From: Candidatus Acidiferrum sp. | GTDB taxonomy: Bacteria > Chloroflexota > Dormibacteria > CF-121 | Direction of reading: 5' to 3' | Assembly (NCBI GenBank): GCA_035602395.1 | Contig: DATNMH010000068.1 | Location: 920 to 64,919, forward strand | DNA: 64,000 bases | Part shown: piece by piece, positions 7,928 to 16,889 of the stretch | How the letters are laid out: the number at the start of each line of letters is the position of its first letter | How positions within the stretch are numbered: position 1 is the stretch's first letter | The notes under the pieces: model-generated | Databases searched by the model: none | What the model was told of the DNA's origin: nothing | The model's input: only the letters and a program-made list of their open reading frames with translations | Position numbers and translations under genes: made by a program

Positions 7928-9067
7928 TCAGCTCGTCCGGAAGATCTCAGTGATCTGCCCGGTGCCGTAGTCCCCGACCAGCAGGCCGCCGTCGGGCGCG
8001 ACGGTGATCGCCAGTGGATGTGAGAACCCGGTGGCGAAGTCGCTGACCTGGCCGTGCTCGCTCGCTCCCGAACCTGAGAGCACGACGCGCAACACGCGGC
8101 GCCCGATCGGACCGCCGGCGTTCGCGCCCCACTCGGTGACGAACGCGTTGTCGGCGTAGTCGCCGCCAAACTCGCCGCCACCGTAGATGACGATGCCGTC
8201 CGCCGAGCTGTGAGGTGTGAACACCGCCACCGGCGCGGCGACGCCGCCGCAGTTGCCGTGCAGGCTGCCATCCGGATAGGCCGGCCAGCAACGCGGCCAA
8301 CCGGCGTCTTCACCGTCGACCACCCGCAACATGTGATCGGCAGGCTGCGTCCCGAGGTTGTCCTGGCCGTTGATCATGACGTAGGCATCGCCAGTGCTCG
8401 CCCGTAGCGCGAGTCCGAATGGATTTCGGGCTCCGCGCACCGCAATTCCGGCAAAGGTCCAGTCGGAGTGAAAGCGCAGGACCGTGGCGCTGCGCGAGTC
8501 GGCCTCGGTGCAGACGTCGCAGGTCGAGCCCACACCCAGCAGGATGTCGCCGTTCGGCATGGGGAGGACGGCGTCATTCTGATGACGGCCAGTCGGGAGA
8601 CCGGCGACCACGACGTGGGCGCCGCTGAGGCCGCCGTTGCTGAGCTGGTAAGTGCGAACGCTGCCCTGGACCGAAACAATCAGCTCATTGCCGCGCCAGG
8701 CGAGCCCCAGCGCGATCGGCAGGCCCGAAACCAGGGTCTGCGGCGCTGAGCCCGGCGACGCCACCACCTCGATCGCGCCGCCCTGGGTCGCCACGTACAG
8801 CCGGCCGTCCGGTCCAAATGCCATCGCGCTGGTGGTGCCCGCTCCTCGCGCATAGGTGTATGCGGAAAAGCCTGCCGCGACGCTGATGCCGCCGGCGGCG
8901 GGGAGGTTGGGCGGTGGCGGGAGGGGCGTAGGTGTCGGCGGCGGGGTTGGGGTGGGCGTCGCGGTCGGCGTGTGGCGCGGGGATGCCGTCACCCCCGTTT
9001 GGGACGTTGGCTGGCCGCACGCAACCAGCGTCAGCGCCATCAAGGTGGTCAGCGCTCGCCGTCTCAC
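7928..9067 (-). CDS. Lipoprotein, PQQ-dependent sugar (glucose/sorbosone) dehydrogenase-like beta-propeller
   Basis: Lipobox LTLVAC and a Pro/Thr linker. Motifs GPDGRLYVA, GARNPFGL and VAPDGGLLVGDYGTGQI are typical of the GSDH family. Confidence 0.7.
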   Translation of the reverse strand: MRRRALTTLMALTLVACGQPTSQTGVTASPRHTPTATPTPTPPPTPTPLPPPPNLPAAGGISVAAGFSAYTYARGAGTTSAMAFGPDGRLYVATQGGAIEVVASPGSAPQTLVSGLPIALGLAWRGNELIVSVQGSVRTYQLSNGGLSGAHVVVAGLPTGRHQNDAVLPMPNGDILLGVGSTCDVCTEADSRSATVLRFHSDWTFAGIAVRGARNPFGLALRASTGDAYVMINGQDNLGTQPADHMLRVVDGEDAGWPRCWPAYPDGSLHGNCGGVAAPVAVFTPHSSADGIVIYGGGEFGGDYADNAFVTEWGANAGGPIGRRVLRVVLSGSGASEHGQVSDFATGFSHPLAITVAPDGGLLVGDYGTGQITEIFRTS

Positions 9068-10101
9068 GATAGCGCCGGAATGCTGAGCACGATCTTGCCG
9101 AACTGGCGCTGCTCCTCCATCAGCGTCTGCGCCTGGGCCGCCTGCTCGAGCGGGAAAATCCGGTCGACAATCGGTCGGAGGGTTTTCGCCGCCAGCAATT
9201 GGTTGAGCTGCTCCCAGTCGTGACGCGTCCCCATCGTCGATCCGTAGATGGTCACCTGCTTGACGAACAGCCGGCGAAGGTCCTCATCCGGCTTCGGTCC
9301 GCTGGTTGCCCCGCAGGTGACCAACCGCCCGCCTTTGGCGAGCGCCCGGATGCTACGGTCCCAGGTCGCCGCCCCGACGTTATCGACGATGACATCGATC
9401 CCACGTTTCTCGGTGATCCTCCAAACCTCCCTCGAGAAATCCGTCTCCTGGTGATTGATGAGCACGTCGGCGCCGAGCGCGAGCGCACGCTCGAGTTTCT
9501 CCGCGCTACTCGAGGTGACGAAGACCCGGGCGCCCACATGCTTGGCAATCTGCAAGGCGGCGAGCGCGACACCGCCGCCGATGCCCAGGATGAGCACGCT
9601 CTCGCCTGGCAGCACCCGTGCCTTGGTCATGAGCATCCGCCAGGCGGTCAAAAACACCAGCGGAAAGGCGGCGGCCTCCTCGAAGCTGAGGTCACCGGGG
9701 ATCGGTCGGAGGTTGACCTCGGGCATGACGACCGCCTGGGCAAAGGTGCCGTCCCGATGTTCGCCCAGGATCTCCCACCGATCGCAGAGGCTGTGCTCGC
9801 CCCGGACGCAGTAGTCGCAGATCCCGTCGCTGAGGCCGGGGTCGAAGAACACCCGGGCCCCGACGGGGTGGCGGGCCGCGCCCGGGCCGTTGGCCAGCAC
9901 CACCCCGGCCCCGTCAGCGCCCCCGATGTGGGGGAGAGCCACCCCGGGGGTTTGCCCGTTGCGGACGAACAGGTCGAGGTGGTTGAGCGCCGCGGCCCGC
10001 AGCCCGATCAGGACTTCCCCAGGCCCCGGCGCTGGCGTCGGCACCTCTTCATAGTGCAGAACCTCCGGGCCGCCGTGCTGGTGAAATCGAACCGCTTTCA
10101 C
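9064..10101 (-). CDS. Zinc-type medium-chain alcohol dehydrogenase / quinone oxidoreductase family
   Basis: MKAVRFHQHGGPEVL, GICDYCVRGEHSLC, ILGIGGGVALAALQIAK (Rossmann fold). 4-nt overlap with the downstream gene. Confidence 0.85.
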   Translation of the reverse strand: MKAVRFHQHGGPEVLHYEEVPTPAPGPGEVLIGLRAAALNHLDLFVRNGQTPGVALPHIGGADGAGVVLANGPGAARHPVGARVFFDPGLSDGICDYCVRGEHSLCDRWEILGEHRDGTFAQAVVMPEVNLRPIPGDLSFEEAAAFPLVFLTAWRMLMTKARVLPGESVLILGIGGGVALAALQIAKHVGARVFVTSSSAEKLERALALGADVLINHQETDFSREVWRITEKRGIDVIVDNVGAATWDRSIRALAKGGRLVTCGATSGPKPDEDLRRLFVKQVTIYGSTMGTRHDWEQLNQLLAAKTLRPIVDRIFPLEQAAQAQTLMEEQRQFGKIVLSIPALS

Positions 10102-10231
10102 AGCGTCTCAGCTTAGCGGGGCCTCGGTTGCGTCACACAACGTAGCCGGCTCGAAATCACGCGGAAGATGGAGAAAGGAAGTCACGGAGGGTGACGTTGC
10201 AGTATCGAAAGCCCACAACCGCAGTGCTGTT

Positions 10232-11884
10232 GTGTCAAAAATCATGACTTATAATGTGGCGCACGTGACAGCCGACCCCGAGATTCAATTGCTGAACCGG
10301 CTCGGGGGTCTCTTCACCGGTTCCCTGTCGCTTAACGACAACATCGACGCGATGTTGCGGGCGACCTCCCAGATGGTGCAGTTCGACGCGGCCACCGTCT
10401 TCCTGCTCAACGAGGGCAGCCGCGAGCTCACCGCTACCGCCACCTACCCCCACCGCGACATGGTGCCGCACATTGCGCGCTTCGTCCTCGGCGAGGGCAT
10501 CCTCGGCTACGCGGTCGAGCAGCTCGAGACACTCAACATCGCCGACGCCACCTTGGACCCTCGCTTCAAGATGCTCGACCAGAGCCGGTCGCCGCGCGCG
10601 TTGATGGTTCAGCCGCTGGCGACGACCCAGCGGGTGGTGGGTGCCATGACGATCTCGCGCCAGCGGGTCGATCCCTTCACCGAACTGGACGTCGCCATCC
10701 TCAAGGTCATCACCAACCAGGCCGCCATCGCGATCGAGAACGGCCGCCTGTACGAGCAGCTCCAGGGCCACCTCGATGAGCTGGAGACGGCCAATGCCCA
10801 GATCGCCGAGGTGAGCCGGCTGAAGTCCGAATTCCTGGCCAACATGTCGCACGAGTTGCGCACGCCGCTCAACGCCATCCTTGGGTTCTCGGAACTGCTT
10901 CGAGACGATCTGGCCGGCAAGATCACCGAGAAGCAGCGCCGCGACTGCCTGGACAACATCTATAACAGCGGCCGCCACTTGCTCTCGCTGATCAACGACG
11001 TTCTCGACCTGACCAAGGTCGAGGCCGGCCGGATGGACCTGGTCTACGAGGAGTTCGGGATCGACTCCGCCGTCCGCGAGGTGCTCAATGTCGTGCGCTC
11101 GCTGGCGATGAAGAAAGACATCGAGATCGCCTCCAGCGTCGAGCCGGTGGATGCGCTACTGATCGCCGACAAGAACAAGTTCAAGCAGATCCTCTACAAC
11201 CTCCTCTCCAACGCCATCAAGTTCACCCCGCCGTCGGGGAAGGTCGGCCTCCAGGCCGTGGTCCGGGAGCAAGCGCTGCGGATGACGGTCCAGGACAGCG
11301 GCATCGGCATCCCCAGGGAGCTCCAGCACAAGATCTTTGGCGCCTTCTACCAGGTCCAGAGCGCCAACAACCGGGAATATCCCGGCACCGGGCTGGGGCT
11401 GGCTCTGACCAAGAAGCTGGTCGAGCTGCACGGCGGCTCGATCGAATTCGATAGCGCCCCCGAGAAGGGAACCGCCTTTACCGTCGAGCTGCCCCTGCGG
11501 CCCGGTCCGAGCAAGCGGAACCGCATCCTGGTGGTCGAGGACAACCCCTCCAACCTGGACCTCGCCCGGATGGTGCTGGAGGGAAACGGCTTCGCCGTGG
11601 ATACCGCCACGAACGGCCAGGAGGGCCTGGAGAAGGCTCGCCACCTCCGGCCCGACCTAATACTGATGGATATGCAGCTTCCCGGCGTTGATGGATTAGC
11701 GGTCACACGCCAGCTCAAAGCTGACCCGGCCACCGCGGGCATCAAGGTGGTCGCCCTGACAGCCAACGCGCTGAAGGGGAGCGAGGAGCAGGCGCTGGCC
11801 GCTGGGTGCTCCGGCTACATTGCGAAACCGATCGAACTCAAGAAATTCATGCTGCAAGTGACGAACTTTCTGGAGAAGGAGTAG
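10232..11884 (+). CDS. Hybrid sensor histidine kinase (GAF-HisKA-HATPase-REC)
   Basis: H-box SHELRTPLNAILGF, G-boxes DSGIGIP and GTGLGL, C-terminal receiver ILVVEDNP...LILMDMQLPGVDG. Start is ambiguous (GTG 10232, ATG 10244 or GTG 10265). TATAAT at 10250-10255. Confidence 0.9.
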   Translation: MSKIMTYNVAHVTADPEIQLLNRLGGLFTGSLSLNDNIDAMLRATSQMVQFDAATVFLLNEGSRELTATATYPHRDMVPHIARFVLGEGILGYAVEQLETLNIADATLDPRFKMLDQSRSPRALMVQPLATTQRVVGAMTISRQRVDPFTELDVAILKVITNQAAIAIENGRLYEQLQGHLDELETANAQIAEVSRLKSEFLANMSHELRTPLNAILGFSELLRDDLAGKITEKQRRDCLDNIYNSGRHLLSLINDVLDLTKVEAGRMDLVYEEFGIDSAVREVLNVVRSLAMKKDIEIASSVEPVDALLIADKNKFKQILYNLLSNAIKFTPPSGKVGLQAVVREQALRMTVQDSGIGIPRELQHKIFGAFYQVQSANNREYPGTGLGLALTKKLVELHGGSIEFDSAPEKGTAFTVELPLRPGPSKRNRILVVEDNPSNLDLARMVLEGNGFAVDTATNGQEGLEKARHLRPDLILMDMQLPGVDGLAVTRQLKADPATAGIKVVALTANALKGSEEQALAAGCSGYIAKPIELKKFMLQVTNFLEKE

Positions 11885-11895
11885 GACCCGACCAA

Positions 11896-12597
11896 ATGCC
11901 GTTCCCGAAGACAATCCTGATGATCGAGGACGACGCGCCGACCCGAGAGGTCGTCCGAATGGCATTTATGGGTCAAAACCTCACGCTCCTCGAGGCGGAT
12001 ACCGGCGAGAAGGGCATGGAGATCATCGAGAAGTCCGAGCCCGACCTCGTGATCCTCGATCTGAACCTGCCGGGTGTGTCCGGCATGGATGTCTGCCGGC
12101 AGCTGCGCGCCGATGGCACCCAGGTGCCGGTCATCATGCTGACCGCCAAGAACGACACGATCGACGTCGTCGTTGGGCTCGAGGTGGGGGCCGACGACTA
12201 TCTCACTAAGCCGTTTGAGGTACGGGAACTCTTGGCCCGGGTTGGTGCGCACCTGCGCCGAAGCGAGCAGGCGGTCGCGCAGGCATTGCCCAAGACGCGC
12301 TTCGAGTTCCCAGGCCTCATCATCGACATGAACAGCCGCCAGGTCTGGCGCGAGGGCAAAGAAGTCGCGTTGACCCTGACCGAGTTCAACCTCCTATCGC
12401 TGCTAGCCTCGCAGGCCGGCCAGGTGGTGAGCCGTGGCGAGCTGCTGCGCAAAGTCTGGGGCTACGAGGTCGAGATCGAGACCCGCACGGTCGATGCTCA
12501 CGTTTACCGGTTGCGCAAGAAGATCGAGCGCGACTCCGAGAAGCCGCACTACATTCATTCGGTCCCGGGCATCGGTTATCGCTTCGTAGCGGAGTAG
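11896..12597 (+). CDS. OmpR/PhoB-family response regulator
   Basis: ILMIEDDAPTREV...LVILDLNLPGVSG...LTAK receiver, plus a winged-helix domain (VDAHVYRLRKKIE...IHSVPGIGYRF). Confidence 0.9.
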   Translation: MPFPKTILMIEDDAPTREVVRMAFMGQNLTLLEADTGEKGMEIIEKSEPDLVILDLNLPGVSGMDVCRQLRADGTQVPVIMLTAKNDTIDVVVGLEVGADDYLTKPFEVRELLARVGAHLRRSEQAVAQALPKTRFEFPGLIIDMNSRQVWREGKEVALTLTEFNLLSLLASQAGQVVSRGELLRKVWGYEVEIETRTVDAHVYRLRKKIERDSEKPHYIHSVPGIGYRFVAE

Positions 12598-12708
12598 TCG
12601 CACCGACCGCGCGAGCACAAGTGTTTCTCGGCAATCCCGCCGATAGCGCCAACTCGGTGCATGGGGTATGGTGCGAGGCAAGGAACGGGGGCGGTACCTG
12701 GGGGAGCG

Positions 12709-13086
12709 ATGGCGAAACTCATTGCGCACGTCGATCCGACACTCGAGGATTACATCGAGGCGGCGGCTCTGGCGGAGCGCGTTCCGATCGATGAGTATGC
12801 GGGAGCACTCCTCCAGGTAGGTTGGGACGCGGTCTTCGGTTTCCGCCGGTCCGATCGGTTCCCGCGAGCGGCCTCGGCCTCGCGGCAGGCCGAATTGCGG
12901 GCTCGCTTCGTTGAGCTGCGGGCCAGCCTGCCACATGGGGCCGGCAGAGACGGCCACCGACCCGGGCGCTCACAGATGACGGACGATGACGATCGGGATC
13001 AGCCGCTACTCGAAAGCGACGACCTGACCGTCCCGGGTCACGACGAGTCGGATCTGGACCTCTCGCGAACCCGCGCCGCCGGGTAG
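12709..13086 (+). CDS. Hypothetical small protein (weak call)
   Basis: G/C-rich third codon positions. The antisense ORF 12403..12957 is Arg-rich junk. The 3' end overlaps the convergent gene by 81 nt, so the extent is doubtful. Confidence 0.3.
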   Translation: MAKLIAHVDPTLEDYIEAAALAERVPIDEYAGALLQVGWDAVFGFRRSDRFPRAASASRQAELRARFVELRASLPHGAGRDGHRPGRSQMTDDDDRDQPLLESDDLTVPGHDESDLDLSRTRAAG

Positions 13087-13971
13087 CGGCGAGACGCGTC
13101 CGCGGACCGTGAGGCGCATGGTGCCGTTCGCATCGATTTCTTCGGTGCAGCTTTCGCTCACGGCCACGAAGTCCCGATCGGGGTCCGAGGGCGTACAGCT
13201 GGTGAGATCAGGGAGCGTCGGCATCGAATAAGGGGTTAGCAGCTGGTCAGCCGGTACCGGTGCGGGCATCAGGTTGATCGGCGTGTGAAGGCTCGGGTCG
13301 CCGAAAGCCCATGCATTCCGGCCGTCCCAGCACACTTCAACCTTGAGGCGCGTCGCACCGGCGAACCCGCCCGCGACGCTCTTCTCGGCAGCGTAGTGAT
13401 CGCAGGTCGCTCCGAAGGCCTGGAATGACCCGTTCATCCCATGGCCAGTGTAGGTTTGCGCCGGCAGGACCTGCCCCGCCACGAACCATAGGCCGGCGAG
13501 CAGAGGCACCGTGAGGAGGGACCACCATCCCCGGGGCCGGGCCAGCGCGCTGGTGATCTCGTCGTCGCGTTGGAGCCAGGCGATGATCGCGGTAGGCCCG
13601 ACGATCAAGAGCTCGAGAAAAGCCGCGAGATGCCGGGGAGTGATGGCATCGGGCACGGCATTGATGCTTTGCATGTTCGATGTCGCCAGCGCGGCGCCAA
13701 AGATCGCGAACGGGACCATCAGCAGGACGCCCGCAGCCAGCAGCCGGAACCCGAGCCGGTAGGCACGGTTACGGAGCGCCGCCTGTCGCTCGTCGAGTCT
13801 CGAGGTCGGCAGGAATGCGAGCCAATCGGTCATCACACCCAGCACCAGGTCGAGCGCGATCACCGCGAGCAGCAGCACGATCCCGGCGCCATGAAGTGAG
13901 GTTGGAATCGAGGACGCGAGCAGCAGCCAGCATGCGACAAGCAGGAGCAGAACAAATCTCGAGTTGGTCAC
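13006..13971 (-). CDS. Membrane protein, DUF2178-like N-terminal TM region plus 4-Cys extracytoplasmic C-terminal domain (paralog A)
   Basis: GTG 13971 overlaps the stop of the upstream paralog (GTGA). Shares LDERQxxLRNRAxR, the CW(D/N)G motif and the C-terminal ...T(R/K)DG(Q/K)VV.F with 13968..15068. Confidence 0.75.
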   Translation of the reverse strand: MTNSRFVLLLLVACWLLLASSIPTSLHGAGIVLLLAVIALDLVLGVMTDWLAFLPTSRLDERQAALRNRAYRLGFRLLAAGVLLMVPFAIFGAALATSNMQSINAVPDAITPRHLAAFLELLIVGPTAIIAWLQRDDEITSALARPRGWWSLLTVPLLAGLWFVAGQVLPAQTYTGHGMNGSFQAFGATCDHYAAEKSVAGGFAGATRLKVEVCWDGRNAWAFGDPSLHTPINLMPAPVPADQLLTPYSMPTLPDLTSCTPSDPDRDFVAVSESCTEEIDANGTMRLTVRGRVSPLPGGAGSREVQIRLVVTRDGQVVAFE

Positions 13972-15068
13972 GGGAACTGCACCACCTTTCCGTCCTTGGT
14001 CAGCGAGAGCGTCACCACGACGTCGCGGGAGATAAAGGGGAGGATCGCGGGCCTGAGCGTGGTCCGATATGTGAACGTCAGCGTTCCGTCGGGCGCGGTT
14101 CGCTGTTGGCACGCGACCGTCGAATCAACCAGCCCCTCGCTCATCTGTGGATGGCAGTCGCTACCGTACACGCCCCACAGCGGATATGCTCGGGTCCCGT
14201 TCCAACAGGCGACGGCGCTGATCGGAATGGACGCCTCGAATCCCCAACCGACCTGCTTACGCGCTTCGAAGTACCGCCCGTGATCGTTGCCGCAGGCGGC
14301 GCTAGCCCCCGCGAATTCGACCGGATTGGCCACGGTGAAGGCGCTGGTGCGCACCGGCGCGATCAGTAGCGCGAACGAGAGCACGACCGGGACGACGATG
14401 CAGAGCGCCACCATGCCGTAGGCCAGCCGCGCCCGCATGCTGCGGCGAAGACGCGGCGCATCCTCGTCAGAAATTCGGTCCGGTTCGATCCAGGCGATCA
14501 CCATGGCTGGGAGGAAGAGGAGGAGCTGAAGAAAGCTGATCGCCGCACCGCCATGAATGGCGTCGGCGAGCCAGCCATGACTCTCCGGCGTCGCCAGGTC
14601 GGCGCCGACGAGCACGAGCGCGACGGACACCGCAAGGATGCCGTAGGCGATCCGGTGGGCACGGTTGCGCAGCGATTCTTGTCGTTCGTCAAGGTCCCGA
14701 GCTTCGGCGCTGGCGATGCGTCGAGTAGCGCGGCCCAGTGCGAAGTCCGCCAGGGCTAGCGCAAATAGCAGCGGGAACTCGGTTGCCTGGTAGGAGGATC
14801 CGCTGGTTAGAAAGTCGACGGTAATCAGGCTGATCAGCAGGACGAGTGCGCGTCGAACGACACGGAGTCCAAGCCAGGCGCCCGGCTCGACCGGCACACT
14901 GCGCACGACTGCGATCGTTGCGAGCAACAAGACGAGGTAAGCCAAGGACGTCGCGCCCGGTGGCAGGAAGCCGACGAGGAACAAGCCCAAGAGCGCGGGG
15001 ACAAGGAGGGCGATCATCCGCGCGATGGAGATGCGCGGCGAAGACGGGCGCGAAACCTGCGTGACCAT
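13968..15068 (-). CDS. Membrane protein, paralog B of 13006..13971
   Basis: Multi-TM N-terminal half, LDERQESLRNRAHR, four Cys in the C-terminal domain. The start abuts the XRE gene stop. Confidence 0.8.
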   Translation of the reverse strand: MVTQVSRPSSPRISIARMIALLVPALLGLFLVGFLPPGATSLAYLVLLLATIAVVRSVPVEPGAWLGLRVVRRALVLLISLITVDFLTSGSSYQATEFPLLFALALADFALGRATRRIASAEARDLDERQESLRNRAHRIAYGILAVSVALVLVGADLATPESHGWLADAIHGGAAISFLQLLLFLPAMVIAWIEPDRISDEDAPRLRRSMRARLAYGMVALCIVVPVVLSFALLIAPVRTSAFTVANPVEFAGASAACGNDHGRYFEARKQVGWGFEASIPISAVACWNGTRAYPLWGVYGSDCHPQMSEGLVDSTVACQQRTAPDGTLTFTYRTTLRPAILPFISRDVVVTLSLTKDGKVVQFP

Positions 15069-15371
15069 TCAGACGCCCTCCCGCGGCTCACGTCGATAGA
15101 GTTCCTCGCTGAGGGGCCGCAGCGGCTCACGCGAAAAGATCGCCTCGATCGGGAGCCTGAAGACCTCTGCAAACCGGAACGCCAGCTCCAGGCTGGGGTT
15201 GTATTCGCCGCGCTCGATGTATCCGATGGTTTGGTAATTCACTCCAACCGCCTCTGCCAGTTGCTGGCGAGAAAGTTGTCGCTCGGCGCGCAGGACGGCA
15301 ATCCGGTTGAACAGCGGCCGCTGTCCATCTCCCGTCGAACTCTTTTGATCATCCTTCCCGCGCACAGACAT
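15069..15371 (-). CDS. XRE-family helix-turn-helix transcriptional regulator (YozG-like)
   Basis: LSRQQLAEAVGVNYQTIGYIERGEYNPSLELAFRFAEVF is a classic Cro/C1 HTH. Confidence 0.9.
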   Translation of the reverse strand: MSVRGKDDQKSSTGDGQRPLFNRIAVLRAERQLSRQQLAEAVGVNYQTIGYIERGEYNPSLELAFRFAEVFRLPIEAIFSREPLRPLSEELYRREPREGV

Positions 15372-15400
15372 AATCTTGCATAACTACAACATCATGTCAA
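15372..15400 (-). promoter_or_regulatory. Candidate sigma-70-type promoter of the XRE operon (TTGACA-17-AAGATT), leaderless geometry
   Basis: On the minus strand, TTGACA (15400-15395), 17-nt spacer, AAGATT (15377-15372), directly abutting ATG 15371. GTG at 15365 lies 6 nt after the -10, the same spacing as at radC. Confidence 0.4.
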
Positions 15401-15437
15401 TGGGCTTAACGGACTTGTGTCAGAGACAGAGGCCCGG

Positions 15438-16817
15438 TCAGCTACTGGGTATTCGGCTGATCTCAGTCCAGAGCTGCGCGGCGGCTTTTTGGCCGAGGTA
15501 AAAGCTCTCGAGATCGAGGCGCTCATTGGGCGCGTGCGCGAAGCAGTCTGGTAGGACGAAACCGACCAGCAAGGTGGGAGCGCCGAGCAGACGGCCCATG
15601 ATCTCGACGGCTCCGATCGATCCGCCCGATCGGATCAGGGCGGGGTCTTTCCCATAAACGCGCCCGAGCGCCCGGCGACCGGCCTGGATCAGCGGATGGT
15701 CGACCGGCGTGATCCACGGCACGCTGTGGCTCTCCAGCTCGGTGAGTTTGATTCGAACGGTCTTTGGCCGGATCTCGTCGATGTAATCGCGGAGTGCCGC
15801 GGCGACCGTCTTCGGATCCTGGTCCGGAACCAGCCGGCAACTGATCTTGGCCGCGGCCCAGGCCGGGATAATCGTCTTCGCCCCCGGCCCCTGATAGCCG
15901 CCCCAGATGCCGTTCACGTCGAGCGTCGGACGGGCCCAGTTGCGCTCGGTCGGCGTAAAGCCGGCCTCGCCGTCAAGGGCCTCGAGCCCGTAGGTTTGTT
16001 TCAGCGCGGTCTCGTCGAAGGGGACCCGGGCGAACTGCCGGTGCTCCTCTTCGCTCAGTGGTCGGACCCCGTCGTAGAACCCGGGCACCAGGATGTGCCC
16101 GGCTGAATCCTTGAGGCGGGTCAGAATCTCGGAGAGCGCCTGCGCCGGGTTGGGCGCCATCCCGCCCATCAGTCCCGAGTGCATGTCGACGGTGGAGGCC
16201 TCGACCCGAAGCTCGAAGTAGATCAGGCCGCGCAGCGCGTAGGTAATGGCGGGAAAGCCCCTCGCCACCATGGTCGTGTCGCTGACCACGCAGTAATCGG
16301 TCTTGAGCCGGTCGCGGTTCGCCCGGACAAACTCCTCGAAATGAAGGCTGGAGATCTCCTCCTCGCCCTCGGCGATCACCTTGATGTTCAGCGGCAGCTC
16401 GCCGATGGTATCGAGCCACGCGTGGATCGCCTGCCAGTGCAAGGCGATCTGGCCCTTGTCGTCGGACGACCCACGGCCGAGCAACTGTCCATCCTGGCGG
16501 ATGGGCTCAAAGGGCGGTGATGTCCAGAGGTCAAGCGGGTCGACCGGTTGGACGTCATAGTGCCCGTAGAGCAGCACCGTCGGCTTGCCGGGCGCCTTCA
16601 GCCAATCGGCATAGACCACCGGGTGTCCGGCCGTGTTGATGACCTCGACGTTTTGGAGACCGATTCGCTCGTATTGCTCGGCAAGGTGTCCGGCGGCGCG
16701 GCGCACGTCATCCGCGTGTTCCGGCTGGCTCGAGATGCTCGGGATCCGGAGAAACTCTTCGAGCTCGCGGAGGCCTTGCTCACGCGTCTCGTCGAGGAAT
16801 TCCTCGGGGCTCGGCAT
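15438..16817 (-). CDS. M20-family dipeptidase / metallopeptidase
   Basis: LYGHYDVQPVDP, GRGSSDDKGQ, EGEEEISS metal-binding motifs. Confidence 0.85.
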   Translation of the reverse strand: MPSPEEFLDETREQGLRELEEFLRIPSISSQPEHADDVRRAAGHLAEQYERIGLQNVEVINTAGHPVVYADWLKAPGKPTVLLYGHYDVQPVDPLDLWTSPPFEPIRQDGQLLGRGSSDDKGQIALHWQAIHAWLDTIGELPLNIKVIAEGEEEISSLHFEEFVRANRDRLKTDYCVVSDTTMVARGFPAITYALRGLIYFELRVEASTVDMHSGLMGGMAPNPAQALSEILTRLKDSAGHILVPGFYDGVRPLSEEEHRQFARVPFDETALKQTYGLEALDGEAGFTPTERNWARPTLDVNGIWGGYQGPGAKTIIPAWAAAKISCRLVPDQDPKTVAAALRDYIDEIRPKTVRIKLTELESHSVPWITPVDHPLIQAGRRALGRVYGKDPALIRSGGSIGAVEIMGRLLGAPTLLVGFVLPDCFAHAPNERLDLESFYLGQKAAAQLWTEISRIPSS

Positions 16818-16889
16818 CGCCGACTATCTTAGAGCCGGCGCATCACCGAGCCCCCGGTCTGGAAAGGCGAGCGTGTCCGGTCGGAGTTC

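Noticed and set aside
12403-12957. Minus-strand 184-aa ORF between the response regulator and the membrane-protein operon
   Set aside because: The translation is Arg-rich and motif-free. The + strand alternative has better coding character, although it is itself weak.
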